Assembly: GCA_964016885.1 (NCBI GenBank)
Contig: OZ024745.1
Span: forward strand, 92,318,001-92,382,000
Length of the DNA: 64,000 bases
Direction: 5' to 3'
Source of the DNA: Eledone cirrhosa
Taxonomy: Eukaryota
Shown here: positions 9,737 through 24,280 of the stretch, piece after piece
How positions within the stretch are numbered: the stretch's first letter is position 1
Layout: each line of letters opens with the position of its first letter
The notes under the pieces: model-generated
Databases searched by the model: none
What the model was told of the DNA's origin: nothing
What the model saw: only the letters and a program-made list of their open reading frames with translations
Made by a program: the position numbers and the translations under genes

Positions 9737-10819
9737 TATATATATATAAAACCATCATCATTGTCATTTTAACGTCCGCTTTCACACTAGCAAGGGTTGG
9801 ACAGGTTCATATAGACCAGGTCAGCACTGAAGCGAAGCCACTGATCTCCCAGGCTGGCCATGTACAGTCTCATGTTCCATTGAGTGTATGTATGTTGATG
9901 ATGTTGACCAGTTCTCCTTTTCGATAGTGTTCTCGATGCTCAGAGAGTGGGATTGGTCGAGTGCAAGGCCTTTCCCCACTTAAAAAACCTTCAAAGCACA
10001 GGCAAACCTTCAAAACCTTCAAAGCATTGCTTGTTCAGGATATGTTACAGGTTCGTGTTGTTGGCCATTGCTTGAAAGTGCATCAAACTCTATAATCTGA
10101 CAAGCAATTGCAGTACTCTTAGCAGTGTTTGCAGCCATCATGTATGTATGCATGCATGCTTTTCATGTATGTATGGATGGATAACAACTGCAAAATTTCA
10201 CCATAAACAGACTTCTTACATGGTATTGGAAGGTATGTAAGATTACATTTGTAAAGGTTAATTAAAACCAAAGAGCTAAACAACTGATGAAGAATAAATC
10301 TCATTAACATAGAGAGATGTTTATTTGGTAGACTGACAAACAAGTAGGAGGGATCAAATGAGGAAAATAGCGTCACAGTTATAGAAAATAGGCACCGAAT
10401 ATGTTTATGTATGTGATTATTGGCTATAAAAGTGGGTGGAGGTCCTGTTAGTGGTGTGAGTTTTTTTAATGGTTAAAAATTAATCAGAAAATTCAAATCC
10501 TTACTAGTTTATAATAAATAAAATGACCTACTTAGTAAATATTGTATAAATGTATGTTGCACAGCTTAGGTGAATATTGATTTTCATGATTATAAATTTA
10601 TTTTAGTAATACATGAATAACAGTGACTGGGTACTGCAGGCAAATGCTTCTATGTTTGCAGCCCATCAACTACCTTCACATAGTTGTGTTAACATCTGAT
10701 GATGTCCCACCAGTCCTAGTTGCTGTTGTAATGATTGCATAACAGCTGCACACTTGTGTCACTGGAATATGTATTATGTAATAAATACAATTATGTAACA
10801 TCTGTCTTAACGTAAATTC

Positions 10820-10999
10820 ATATATATGTGTGTGTGTTTGTATGTCAGCGGATGTGTGTGCATATATGTATGTATACATATATGTATGTATGCATATATG
10901 TAAATATGCATATAAGTATATGTGTAAATATGTATACATATATGTATATATGCATATGTGCATACATGTATGTGTGCATATATGTATATGTGCATATAT

Positions 11000-11039
<40 letters not shown>

Positions 11040-11092
11040 ATATATGTATGTGTGTATATATATGTGCATATATGTATGTGTACATACATATA
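10820..11092. repeat. Degenerate (TATG)n/(TA)n microsatellite
   Basis: Read directly from sequence. Confidence 0.95.
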
Positions 11093-11554
11093 TTTCCTTC
11101 CCTCTTAAACTGATGAGTGACATAATTTGGAGAAATAATTTAGCTTTTGAACTTCAAGTCTTGCAGAAAAAAAAAGTAGATTGCTATAAAATTTACAGCT
11201 AGAAAAGCTAGAAAACCACTACCATCTCATTTGTCATTATCGTCTATGATGATGTTACTTAAGTGTTTCACTGAATTACCACAAGCTAGTGGTCAGAGAG
11301 AATCATTCCAAAAGAGTGTCAGTGTGACATAATCAACAAAGAAATAGAATTCTCTAATCAAAGTAAATTACCCTCTAGGCTAGACATTGTTAAAATTATT
11401 TGTCTGACTTCTCTATTATTGCTGGTCTTTCAACAATGCCACCAATGATATCTATAAGAAAACTTTCTCAAGCAAGACTATTATTTTTTCATTATCTCAT
11501 TGTTGTTTTTTACTTGTAGTTGTTGCAGCAATGTTTGTTATTGTTGTTCTTGCT

Positions 11555-11810
11555 ATTTAGCTATAGGTCAATGATCAATAAATAAACCTATGATTAAAGG
11601 CATTCCAGCTGTGACCACCATGTCTGTTTAGAGGGTATGCAACACTACATTATCCAATCTGTCCTTTCTTCATATTGAAGAATGATGTTTAATAATTAAC
11701 CTTGATCAAGCAGACCTATGATGAAAGAAAGGCAATTCCATGCATAACTATCCTATCTAATTTTCAAACATAGTATATCTAGAACTACATTATCTAATGT
11801 ATCTTTCATT
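11555..11810 (-). repeat. Old dispersed repeat (also 23175-23360, 38060-38260, 39220-39320)
   Basis: Shared GGACACATTGGATAATGTAG...GATGGTCACAGCTGGAAT motifs. Confidence 0.55.
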
Positions 11811-11853
11811 TTATAATACAGTAATACAGTTGAGTGTGATGAATAAATAACTA

Positions 11854-12061
11854 TGAGGTGGTGCTGACAAGTTCCTGGCTTTGGGTAAAAGAAAATACAG
11901 GAGGATCAGTTAATTATAATTTTATTCCCCTCTCAGATTCATACACTTATTGCAATGGTCCTTCAGTTTTTCTAAGCCCTGTAAAAAGAACTTGGAAGGT
12001 TGGGCCTCCAGCCAGGCCTCTGTATCAGCGATCAAGCCAGGAACTTTTCAGCACACCCTCG
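11854..12061. mobile_element. mariner-type MITE
   Basis: TA|TGAGGTGGTGCTGACAAGTTCCTGGCTT ... AAGCCAGGAACTTTTCAGCACACCCTCG|TA: ~28-bp TIRs with TA TSD. Confidence 0.85.
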
Positions 12062-12076
12062 TAAATATAGATACGT

Positions 12077-12305
12077 TTAACCCTTTAGCATTTAAACCAG
12101 CCATATCTGGCCAGAATTCTCTCACCTCTTTCTGTTCAAACTGGCTGTAACTGGCTGCTCATACTTATGTTAAGGTATTGTTCTCAAAATAAATAATATC
12201 AAAATCTCGTAGATTCAATATTATGTGAGATAATTATGTAAGATAAAGCTTTTTCCACAAAAATACAATAGTATATATAGAGTAATGTAAATGTTAAAGA
12301 TTTAA
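12077..12305. mobile_element. piggyBac-type (TTAA) MITE
   Basis: TTAA|CCCTTTAGCATT ... AATGTTAAAGAT|TTAA. Same family at 24918, 25415, 52183 and 61340. Confidence 0.75.
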
Positions 12306-13402
12306 ACTTGTTCCAAATACTGAGGTTGAATGTTTTGGCTGAATAAAATGATTTGAATTGTGGCAACTGTTTCTGGTTATAAGAATTTATTCAGAAAAAA
12401 ACAGAAACAATTATTTTCACAAGTTTAACCAAAAAGTGTTCTTCCCCAGTGAAATACAAGAATATCAATGAAACATGTCTTTATCCATATCCTATTGACA
12501 GTATTTTATCAGACACAAGCACAGGACAGACACACTGGAAAATTACATTACTAAATGTTCTTATATAATTTTCACCAAATAAAGGATTTAATTATTGACA
12601 ACTATTTCTTGACACAACAATCCTACCAAGATTTAAAATTTAGTAAGATTAGTACAATCAGTAATAAAACTTATAACCTTGTTAGGTATCATCAGTAGAG
12701 TGTACATGTAGACTGTATATGTGCCAGATTTAAAACTTATTGTATGTGTTCGGAGATTATTTTTAAGAGCATATCCTAGCTAGCCCAATCCTGCCATTTA
12801 CAGACACACTTAGCATGTCTTACTTAGAGTAACTCAGTGTTTTCACTGAAAAACTTCAACTGAAATCAATAGTGTAAAACTGACTTTGACAAAAAGTGAA
12901 AATATTGATCAATAATTCAAAACAGAAGCATTTTGAATATATACATTATATAAATTGTAACTCTTGATACACATAGATCCTAAGGGCATGATTGAAGGCT
13001 TGCTCATTATAAAATTTATATAAGAGATGTCAGCAGAACCTAACTCTTATCATCACCATCATCATGTTATGCCTGCTTTCAATGTGGGCATTGGTTGGAC
13101 AGCTCATTACTGTCCGAATTAGTATTTATTCAGAGTTACTTGCCATCCTAAATAAATCAAAGGACCATATCTCATTTGTACATTCCATTTTCTATAGCTA
13201 AATACCCTTGAAAACACCAACCTCTGTACAGAGTGTACTGGGTGCATTTTATCCTTGTCAAGTTGTCATCATGATTAAAAAGTCTTCTTTACCCTACATT
13301 GTGTCCATTTGACCAACACCCACTTTACAGAGAGTATTAGGCGTATTTTATCAGAGTATTAACACTAGAGAATTAACTTTGTCCCTTACAAGGTGCTAAA
13401 TT

Positions 13403-16400
13403 GTCCTTTCCATACTATATAGCTGCTATCCTTTCTATACTATATAGCAACAGTCGTTTCCATATTATATAGCTACAGTCCTTTCCATACTATATAGCTA
13501 CAGTCCTTTCCATATTATATAGCTACAGTCCTTACCATACTATATAGCTACAGTCCTTTCCATATTATATAGCTACAGTCCTGACCATACTATATAGCTA
13601 CAGTCCTTTCCATACTATATAGCTACAGTCCTTTCCATATTATATAGCTAGTCCTTTCTATACTATATAGCTACAGTCCTTACCATACTATATAGCTACA
13701 GTCCTTACCATACTATATAGCTACAGTCCTTTCCATACTATATAGCTGCAGTGCTTTCCATACTATATAGCTAGCCCTTTCCATACTATATAGCTAGTCC
13801 TTTCCATACTATATAGCTACAGTCCTTTCTATACTATATAGCTACAGTCCTTTCCATATTATATAGCTACAGTCCTTACCATACTATATAGCTACAGTCC
13901 TTACCATACTATATAGCTACAGTCCTTTCCATACTATATAGCTGCAGTGCTTTCCATACTATATAGCTACAGTCCTTTCCATACTATATAGCTACATTCC
14001 TTTCCATACTATATAGCTACAGTCCTTTCTATACTATATAGCTACAGTCCTTTCCATATTATATAGCTACAGTCCTTACCATACTATATAGCTACAGTCC
14101 TTACCATACTATATAGCTGCAGTGCTTTCCATACTATATAGCTACAGTCCTTTCCATACTATATAGCTACATTCCTTTCCATACTATATAGCTACAGTCC
14201 TTTCCATACTATATAGCTACAGTCCTTTCCATATTATATAGCTATAGTCCTTTCCATACTATATAGCTACAGTCCTTTCCATATTATATAGCTACAGTCC
14301 TTTCCATATTATATAGCTACAGTCCTTTCCATATTATATAGCTACAGTCCTTTCCATATTATATAGCTACAGTCCTTTCCATACTATATAGCTACAGTCC
14401 TTTCCATATTATATAGCTACAGTCCTTTCCATATTATATAGCTACAGTCCTTTCCATATTATATAGCTACAGTCCTTTCCATATTATATAGCTACAGTCC
14501 TTACCATACTATATAGCTGCTGTCCTTTCCATACTATATAGCAGCTGTCCTTTCCATACTATATAGCTACAGTTCTTTCCATACTTTATAGCTACTGTCC
14601 TTTCCATACTATATAGCTGCTGTCCTTTCCATACTATATAGCTACAGTCCTTTACATACTATATAGCTACAGTCCTTTCCATACTATATAGCTTCTGTCC
14701 TTTTCATACTATATAGCTACTGTCCTTTTCATACTATATAGCTACAGTCCTTTCCATATTATATAGCTACAGTCCTTTCCATACTATATAGCTGCTGTCC
14801 TTTCCATACTATATAGCTACAGTCCTTTCCATACTATATAGCTGCAGTGCTTTCCATACTATATAGCTACAGTCCTTTCCATACTATATAGCTACAGTCC
14901 TTTCCATACTATATAGCTTCTGTCCTTTCCATACTATATAGCTACAGTCCTTTCCATACTATATAGCTGCTGTCCTTTCCATACTATATAGCTACAGTCC
15001 TTTCCATACTATATAGCTGCAGTGCTTTCCATACTATATAGCTAGCCCTTTCCATACTATATAGCTAGTCCTTTCCATACTATATAGCTACAGTCCTTAC
15101 CATACTATATAGCTACAGTCCTTTCCATACTATATAGCTGCAGTGCTTTCCATACTATATAGCTACAGTCCTTTCCATACTATATAGCTACATTCCTTTC
15201 CATACTATATAGCTACAGTCCTTTCTATACTATATAGCTACAGTCCTTTCCATATTATATAGCTACAGTCCTTACCATACTATATAGCTACAGTCCTTAC
15301 CATACTATATAGCTGCAGTGCTTTCCATACTATATAGCTACAGTCCTTTCCATACTATATAGCTACATTCCTTTCCATACTATATAGCTACAGTCCTTTC
15401 CATACTATATAGCTACAGTCCTTTCCATATTATATAGCTATAGTCCTTTCCATACTATATAGCTACAGTCCTTTCCATATTATATAGCTACAGTCCTTTC
15501 CATATTATATAGCTACAGTCCTTTCCATATTATATAGCTACAGTCCTTTCCATATTATATAGCTACAGTCCTTTCCATACTATATAGCTTCTGTCCTTTC
15601 CATACTATATAGCTACAGTCCTTTCCATACTATATAGCTGCTGTCCTTACCATACTATATAGCTACAGTCCTTTCCATACTATATAGCTGCAGTGCTTTC
15701 CATACTATATAGCTAGCCCTTTCCATACTATATAGCTAGTCCTTTCCATACTATATAGCTACAGTCCTTACCATACTATATAGCTACAGTCCTTTCCATA
15801 CTATATAGCTGCAGTGCTTTCCATACTATATAGCTACAGTCCTTTCCATACTATATAGCTACATTCCTTTCCATACTATATAGCTACAGTCCTTTCTATA
15901 CTATATAGCTACAGTCCTTTCCATATTATATAGCTACAGTCCTTACCATACTATATAGCTACAGTCCTTACCATACTATATAGCTGCAGTGCTTTCCATA
16001 CTATATAGCTACAGTCCTTTCCATACTATATAGCTACATTCCTTTCCATACTATATAGCTACAGTCCTTTCCATACTATATAGCTACAGTCCTTTCCATA
16101 TTATATAGCTATAGTCCTTTCCATACTATATAGCTACAGTCCTTTCCATATTATATAGCTACAGTCCTTTCCATATTATATAGCTACAGTCCTTTCCATA
16201 TTATATAGCTACAGTCCTTTCCATATTATATAGCTACAGTCCTTTCCATACTATATAGCTACAGTCCTTTCCATATTATATAGCTATAGTCCTTTCCATA
16301 CTATATAGCTACAGTCCTTTCCATATTATATAGCTACAGTCCTTTCCATATTATATAGCTACAGTCCTTTCCATATTATATAGCTACAGTCCTTTCCATA

Positions 16401-19240
16401 TTATATAGCTACAGTCCTTTCCATACTATATAGCTGCTGTCCTTACCATACTATATAGCTACAGTCCTTTCCATACTATATAGCTGCAGTGCTTTCCATA
16501 CTATATAGCTAGCCCTTTCCATACTATATAGCTAGTCCTTTCCATACTATATAGCTACAGTCCTTACCATACTATATAGCTACAGTCCTTTCCATACTAT
16601 ATAGCTGCAGTGCTTTCCATACTATATAGCTACAGTCCTTTCCATACTATATAGCTACATTCCTTTCCATACTATATAGCTACAGTCCTTTCTATACTAT
16701 ATAGCTACAGTCCTTTCCATATTATATAGCTACAGTCCTTACCATACTATATAGCTACAGTCCTTACCATACTATATAGCTGCAGTGCTTTCCATACTAT
16801 ATAGCTACAGTCCTTTCCATACTATATAGCTACATTCCTTTCCATACTATATAGCTACAGTCCTTTCCATACTATATAGCTACAGTCCTTTCCATATTAT
16901 ATAGCTATAGTCCTTTCCATACTATATAGCTACAGTCCTTTCCATATTATATAGCTACAGTCCTTTCCATATTATATAGCTACAGTCCTTTCCATATTAT
17001 ATAGCTACAGTCCTTTCCATATTATATAGCTACAGTCCTTTCCATACTATATAGCTACAGTCCTTTCCATATTATATAGCTACAGTCCTTTCCATATTAT
17101 ATAGCTACAGTCCTTTCCATATTATATAGCTACAGTCCTTTCCATATTATATAGCTACAGTCCTTACCATACTATATAGCTGCTGTCCTTTCCATACTAT
17201 ATAGCAGCTGTCCTTTCCATACTATATAGCTACAGTTCTTTCCATACTTTATAGCTACTGTCCTTTCCATACTATATAGCTGCTGTCCTTTCCATACTAT
17301 ATAGCTACAGTCCTTTACATACTATATAGCTACAGTCCTTTCCATACTATATAGCTTCTGTCCTTTTCATACTATATAGCTACTGTCCTTTTCATACTAT
17401 ATAGCTACAGTCCTTTCCATATTATATAGCTACAGTCCTTTCCATACTATATAGCTGCTGTCCTTTCCATACTATATAGCTACAGTCCTTTCCATACTAT
17501 ATAGCTGCAGTGCTTTCCATACTATATAGCTACAGTCCTTTCCATACTATATAGCTACAGTCCTTTCCATACTATATAGCTTCTGTCCTTTCCATACTAT
17601 ATAGCTACAGTCCTTTCCATACTATATAGCTGCTGTCCTTTCCATACTATATAGCTACAGTCCTTTCCATACTATATAGCTGCAGTGCTTTCCATACTAT
17701 ATAGCTACAGTCCTTTCCATACTATATAGCTACAGTCCTTTCCATACTATATAGCTTCTGTCCTTTCCATACTATATAGCTGCTGTCCTTTCCATACTAT
17801 ATAGCTACAGTCCTTTCCATACTATATAGCTGCTGTCCTTTTCATACTATATAGCTACAGTCGTTTCCATATTATATAGCTACAGTCCTTTCCATACTAT
17901 ATAGCTACAGTCCTTTCCATATTATATAGCTACAGTCCTTACCATACTATATAGCTACAGTCCTTTCCATATTATATAGCTACAGTCCTGACCATACTAT
18001 ATAGCTACAGTCCTTTCCATACTATATAGCTACAGTCCTTTCCATATTATATAGCTAGTCCTTTCTATACTATATAGCTACAGTCCTTACCATACTATAT
18101 AGCTACAGTCCTTACCATACTATATAGCTACAGTCCTTTCTATACTATATAGCTACAGTCCTTTCCATATTATATAGCTACAGTCCTTACCATACTATAT
18201 AGCTACAGTCCTTACCATACTATATAGCTACAGTCCTTTCCATACTATATAGCTGCAGTGCTTTCCATACTATATAGCTACATTCCTTTCCATACTATAT
18301 AGCTACAGTCCTTTCCATACTATATAGCTACAGTCCTTTCCATATTATATAGCTATAGTCCTTTCCATACTATATAGCTACAGTCCTTTCCATACTATAT
18401 AGCTACAGTCCTTTCCATATTATATAGCTACAGTCCTTTCCATATTATATAGCTACAGTCCTTTCCATATTATATAGCTACAGTCCTTTCCATACTATAT
18501 AGCTACAGTCGTTTCCATATTATATAGCTACAGTCCTTTCCATATTATATAGCTACAGTCCTTTCCATATTATATAGCTACAGTCCTTACCATACTATAT
18601 AGCTGCTGTCCTTTCCATACTATATAGCTACAGTCCTTTCCATACTATATAGCAGCTGTCCTTTCCATACTATATAGCTACAGTTCTTTCCATACTTTAT
18701 AGCTACTGTCCTTTCCATACTATATAGCTGCTGTCCTTTCCATACTATATAGCTACAGTCCTTTACATACTATATAGCTACAGTCCTTTCCATACTATAT
18801 AGCTTCTGTCCTTTTCATACTATATAGCTACTGTCCTTTTCATACTATATAGCTACAGTCCTTTCCATATTATATAGCTACAGTCCTTTCCATACTATAT
18901 AGCTGCTGTCCTTTCCATACTATATAGCTACAGTCCTTTCCATACTATATAGCTTCTGTCCTTTCCATACTATATAGCTGCTGTCCTTTCCATACTATAT
19001 AGCTACAGTCCTTTCCATACTATATAGCTTCTGTCCTTTCCATACTATATAGCTGCTGTCCTTTCCATACTATATAGCTACAGTCCTTTCCATACTATAT
19101 AGCTACAATCCTTTCCATATTATATAGCTATAGTCCTTTCCATATTATATAGCTATAGTCCTTTCCATACTATATAGCTACAGTCCTTACCATACAATAT
19201 AGCTGCTGTCCTTTCTATACTATGTAGTTGCTGTTCTTTC
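13403..19240. repeat. 25-bp satellite, about 230 copies
   Basis: Unit CTACAGTCCTTTCCATACTATATAG with recurrent variants and occasional 23-bp units. Confidence 0.98.
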
Positions 19241-19469
19241 AAGGTAAATGTACTCAAAGATATGATTGGAAATTTCAAAATCTGCACTATCAACTAATGA
19301 AACAATCATCAATTAATACTTTATTTTGATGTAAAGAATGTGTTTTTACTTAATGAATATTTAGGATAAAATTACATAAAAATAATTAAGAATTTAATAG
19401 TTAATCAAATATATAGAAAAGGAAAGGGAAGAAGGTGGCAGACTCTACACCTAAATCAGAGTGGTGTTT

Positions 19470-19610
19470 CAGCTGTGCCACACGGACAAAATGGCAAAAA
19501 CATTGCCATGGACAATGATCAGTGACACACGCTGAAACAGCCACCCCACCTTGTGGGGCTCTTTCCTCAGACAGGTTGCTGTCATTCTGATTTTAACGAG
19601 GAGGTCAGCT
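19470..19610 (-). mobile_element. Degenerate CRE-like retrotransposon 3' fragment
   Basis: Alignable by eye to 49985-50100 (ACACGCTGAAACAGCCACCCCACCTTGTGGGGCTC). Confidence 0.55.
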
Positions 19611-19697
19611 TATTTCTATTTAATGTTGAACCAGTATACCCAACTTTGTGATATCAATTTATAGCTTAGTGAACTGGACTGTTTAAAAATAATAAGT

Positions 19698-20017
19698 GGA
19701 TATAACACTGTGTTGGATATAACACAGTGTTGGATAGAACACTGTGTTGGATAGAACACTGTGTTGGATAGAACACTGTGTTGGATAGAACACTGTGTTG
19801 GATAGAACACTGTGTTGGATAGAACACAGTGTTGGATAGAACACTGTGTTGGATAGAACACTGTGTTGGATAGAACACTGTGTTGGTTAGAACACTGTGT
19901 TGGATAGAACACTGTGTTGGATAGAACACTGTGTTGGATAGAACACTGTGTTGGTTAGAACACTGTGTTGGATAGAACACTGTGTTGGTTAGAACACTGT
20001 GTTGGATAGAACACAGT
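19698..20017. repeat. 17-bp minisatellite, about 19 copies
   Basis: Unit GGATAGAACACTGTGTT. Confidence 0.95.
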
Positions 20018-20235
20018 GCCTGAGACAAATTATGACTGTATGAACCTCCAATCTTTAAAATGATTGGTTTGGCATCGTATCTATTTGGCCATTTGTGGCT
20101 CTTGAAAAACCTATCCAAGAGTCAGTAAGTTAGTTTGCTAGTTATTTAGTGAGCCAGTAAGTGAGTTAGTGAGTTTGTAAGTTAGTAACTGAATGAGTAA
20201 GTAGAGTTAGTGAGTTAGTTAGCTAGTTAGTTAGT

Positions 20236-20525
20236 TTGTTTTTTTGATATACAGAATAAATAATTTATTAATAATAAAAATCAAATAAATCATAAACAAA
20301 TCTATTTCAAATAACAACAAGACTACAGATATTTAAAAAAACCCAGAAAATGAAGGGAAGGGCAAGAGCTCTGGCGTCACAGAAGAATGGGAGGGGAAGG
20401 GGAGGGTGATGGGCTCTAGGCCTAGGGCATGACCACAAAAGCATTTCTGCAGACAATGGCCAGCAACATCCGCTACAACAGCCACTCCACCTCGCAGGGC
20501 TCCTTCCTCAGACGGGCTGCTGACA
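20236..20525 (-). mobile_element. 5'-truncated CRE-like retrotransposon with 21-bp TSD in a (TTAG)n tract
   Basis: TTAGTTAGCTAGTTAGTTAGT at 20215-20235 and 20526-20546. T-run (poly-A on -) at 20236. 20435-20520 is homologous to the CRE RLE C-terminus. Confidence 0.65.
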
Positions 20526-21276
20526 TTAGTTAGCTAGTTAGTTAGTGAGTGAGTTAGTAAGATATCAATTTATTTATTTAGTTTGTTAGTTAGTTAGTGA
20601 GTTAGTAAATTAGTTTGTGGTGAATAAACTGGGCAGGTAAATGTTGACTTGTATATAATTACAACTAGACACAATTGGAACTAGTGGAACCCAATTTTAC
20701 ACAAGTACATCTAAACACTTGAACTCTCATTAACTGGAAGTTTCTGACTCATTACAATAAAATTTGCTCAAACAGTAAGTTTTTCTTAAAAAAACAAAAA
20801 ACAAAAAGATAAAAAATTGGTTTGCTTTGGTTTGTTTTCAAAGCAAAGTAATTAATTTGGCCTTGGATTGCAAGATTGGCTTTCAAAGAAGAAATTGAAG
20901 TCAAACACATTAAAAAGAAATTTTAGTTTTACACTCTCAAACACATCATTAAATGGTATGCATTTCTTAACAAGAATTTGAGAGCCAGCCCCACCACTCT
21001 CCCTACCTTAAAAACTAAACAAAACAACAATAACAAACATTTATCACTTGCCATATGAAGCTGTTATTCCGTGTCAGGGTGCTGACATCTAATTTCCCTT
21101 GTCTGTTAATCAAAGATGTATTATCTCAGTTTTAGGTTTGGAAAGAGTTTATAGTTTTTTTCACTCTAAAATTGATATTTAGAAATTTTCTACAACTCTT
21201 CAATAATGTTTACATTAATAATTCTATAGCTGTTATTACTATATGATTTATGGTTACATACATATATGTATGTATA

Positions 21277-21440
21277 TGGCAGTGAATTAGCAGAGTCGTT
21301 AGAACGTCAGATAGAAAGCTTTGTGGTATTCATTGCGACTCTCTCCTCTCTCAGTTCAAATCCCGCCAAGGTCAACTTTGCCTTTCTTTCTTTCGAGGTT
21401 GATAAAAAAGTACCAATCTAGTACTGAGATCGATTCATCC
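21277..21440 (+). mobile_element. SINE family A
   Basis: A/B boxes and core as above. Confidence 0.8.
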
Positions 21441-23357
21441 TCTATATCTCTTTCTCACTTCCTTTCTCTCACTCTCAATCTTCTGTATTCACACCTGGAG
21501 AGGAGATGGGCTCTGCCAGGCTTAATAAATGTACAAGAAATGCCATATGTCAATATGGCACCCTTTATGATTCCATGAGGAGGTACAGGTCTAGACTAGA
21601 CATATGTATAGGCCTTGAGAGTGTTGGGCTCCACCAAGCTTAAAAAATACCCAAGAAATACTGTATGCCAATACGCTACCCATACGACTACATCAAAAAC
21701 ACATATATCTTTATATTCCAAGAAAGATTTATCACTGACATATTCAGATTCTGAGTCAAATATTTACAAAAACATTATTCAATGTTTTTGTAAGATTTTA
21801 AATAAGCTTTTAAACAACATTCTAATTAATCTATGCTCATACTAAAATAATATAAACAACAATAAAATAAAATCAGTTTTTTTTAAACATGCTAATTTTT
21901 CATGTCTACAGGGAAGTCTATGATTGGCTGAGGAGGTGTAATTAGACCGGATGTTTTGAGTTGTCTCCTGTACTTGTCAAAGTGATTTATATATATATAT
22001 ATATATATATAATGATAATAATAGGTATATTGAAGTTGGAGCCGTAGTATATCAGATATCAATCAAATTGTTTGAGGCAGTCATTTGTATATATATAACA
22101 TTTAGTTTTGACATCCACTTTTCCTGCTAGCAAGGGTTGGATGGGTTGGTTTACATAGACCACCACATCAGTACTGAAGCAGGGCTACTGACCTCCTAGA
22201 CAGGCCAGGGATCTGCATCTCGTTTATGTATGGTCTCACATTCTACCGAGTACACAGGAGCAGTTGTCATGTCTTTGACGCAACTGAAGGGTCCTCCCAA
22301 ACTTTTGTTTGGCAAGCTTTCTATGGCTCGATACCCTTTCTATCACCAACCACTTTATAGCATATACTGGGTGCATATATGATGTATATATATATAATTT
22401 AATTTTCATTATATTAAGGCATTTATTGGTAAGGTAGTATTGTTACAAGCCATATCATCATCCTTTTACATCTGCTCAATCCATGCTGGCATGGATTGAG
22501 CAGATCATCACATTCTAAGTCAGTTCCTATTTGGAGTTACTTCCCTCCTATATGAATAGAAAGACCACACCCCACTCATGTTTCATTTTTGGCATGGTTT
22601 CTACAACTGGAGGCTCTTCCTAAAATCAATCTCTTTATAGAGTATAGTGGGTGTATTTTATGGTGGCACCAGCATTTGAGAAGTTGAGAAGTTACTATAT
22701 CCTTAGCAGATCTAGAACATCTGCTCAGACCTATGTTGTTCACACATATTCACCGACCATATTACAGAATTTACTGACTGTATTTTCTCATGGCATCAAC
22801 ACTAATGAGGTTGCCTTGAATCTTGGAAGATTTAAGAGTATTTACTATTGAACATTTCCACTGTTCATTTAAGAATATGCGACTTAGAGGGTGAATAGAG
22901 GAGAGACAATGACAGAAGAAGGACCAGGAGTGAGGGAAAGAATGAGAGTATAGTGGAAGAGAGACAGAGTGGTTATGATGAGAGGGTGGCAGATGGAGCA
23001 GTGTAAAGAAATAGAGAGACAGTATTAGAGGGAGTAATGACAGAGTAATAGATGAGTGTTCTATAATTTATAATGATCTAAATGGATGGCTGGATGGTGA
23101 TACACAGATTGTATATTGTAAAACATATTTTTGTTGTAAATAATTTCTAACTGGATCACAAATAGGCCAAACCAGTGAAGCAGTCTGTACACAGTTGTTC
23201 AATCTCCTAAAAACAGCAGCTAAATTCTCTCTCAAATCACTATAAACTGAAAGGACACATTTTTTAATGTAGTCCGAGATAATTGTGTCTCGAGAAAAAA
23301 ATAAAAGTATGTGATGGTCACAGCTGGAATATCATTGATTATTAGGGCTGATCTGGG

Positions 23358-23471
23358 ACTAGACTACTACTACTACTATTACCACTAGTGCTGTTGCTAC
23401 TGCTACTACTACTGTTGCTGCTGCTACTACTACTACTACTAATAATAATAATAATAATGTTGCTGCTGCAG

Positions 23472-23503
<32 letters not shown>

Positions 23504-23601
23504 ACTACTACTACCACCACCACCACTACTACTACCACTACCACCGCTACCACCACCACCACCACTACTACTACTACTACCACTACCACTACCACTACTA
23601 T
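23358..23601. repeat. Compound trinucleotide microsatellite (CTA/CTG/AAT/CCA)
   Basis: Read directly from sequence. Confidence 0.95.
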
Positions 23602-23724
23602 AAATAAGTTCTATTAAAATGATCTAAACAATTTGGATGTATGCCAGTACATTCAATATGATAATTATGTCAGAATCAAACCATACAGTCAATACACATA
23701 TTATATATGTTGGTTTGATATGTC

Positions 23725-24280
23725 AGGTGATGTTCTGACAGAGTTAATAGAATATAGGATAAAATACCTTACAATATTTGTCCTGGCTGTTTGTCTTCTG
23801 AGTTCAAATCTTACCAAGGTTAGCTTTGCCTGCCATCCTTACGGGGTCAATAAAATAAAATACCAGTAACGCACTGGTTATGATTTCATTGACATTTCTT
23901 CCTCAAAATTCTTGACCTTGAGCCTAAATCAGAAACCAATATTTGTCCTGGCTGTTTGTGTTCTCAGTTCAAATCTTGCCAAGATTAGCTTTGCCTTTCA
24001 TCCTTACAGGGTCGATAAAATAGAGTACCAGTAATGCACTGGGGTCAATTTAATCGACTTTCACCTCCTCCCAAAATTGTTGGCCTTGAGCCTGAATCAG
24101 AAACCATTATTTGTCCTGGCTATTTTTGTTCTGAGCTCAAATCCTGTTGAGTTTAACTTTGTCTTTTATCCTTACGGGGTCTAAAAAATAAAGTACCAGT
24201 AATGCACTGGGGTAGATTTAATCAACTTCCCCCTCCTGCCAAAATTATTGGCCTTGTGCGTAAATCAGAAACCATTATTA
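23725..24280 (+). mobile_element. SINE A with its 3' ~167 bp triplicated in tandem
   Basis: Units begin ATTTGTCCTGGCT at about 23776, 23941 and 24109. Confidence 0.8.

Noticed and set aside
10620-10775. Possible host exons with splice-like signals (also about 20670-20775, 21912, 24290, 39030)
   Set aside because: Early stops in the frames tried and no recognisable protein; cannot be supported without RNA data.
13403-19240. CRISPR-like appearance of the tandem arrays (also at 53.3, 59.3 and 62.3 kb)
   Set aside because: Contiguous units without unique spacers, no cas genes, eukaryotic context.
20125-20615. Interstitial telomere
   Set aside because: The repeat is TTAG/TGAG, not TTAGG or TTAGGG.
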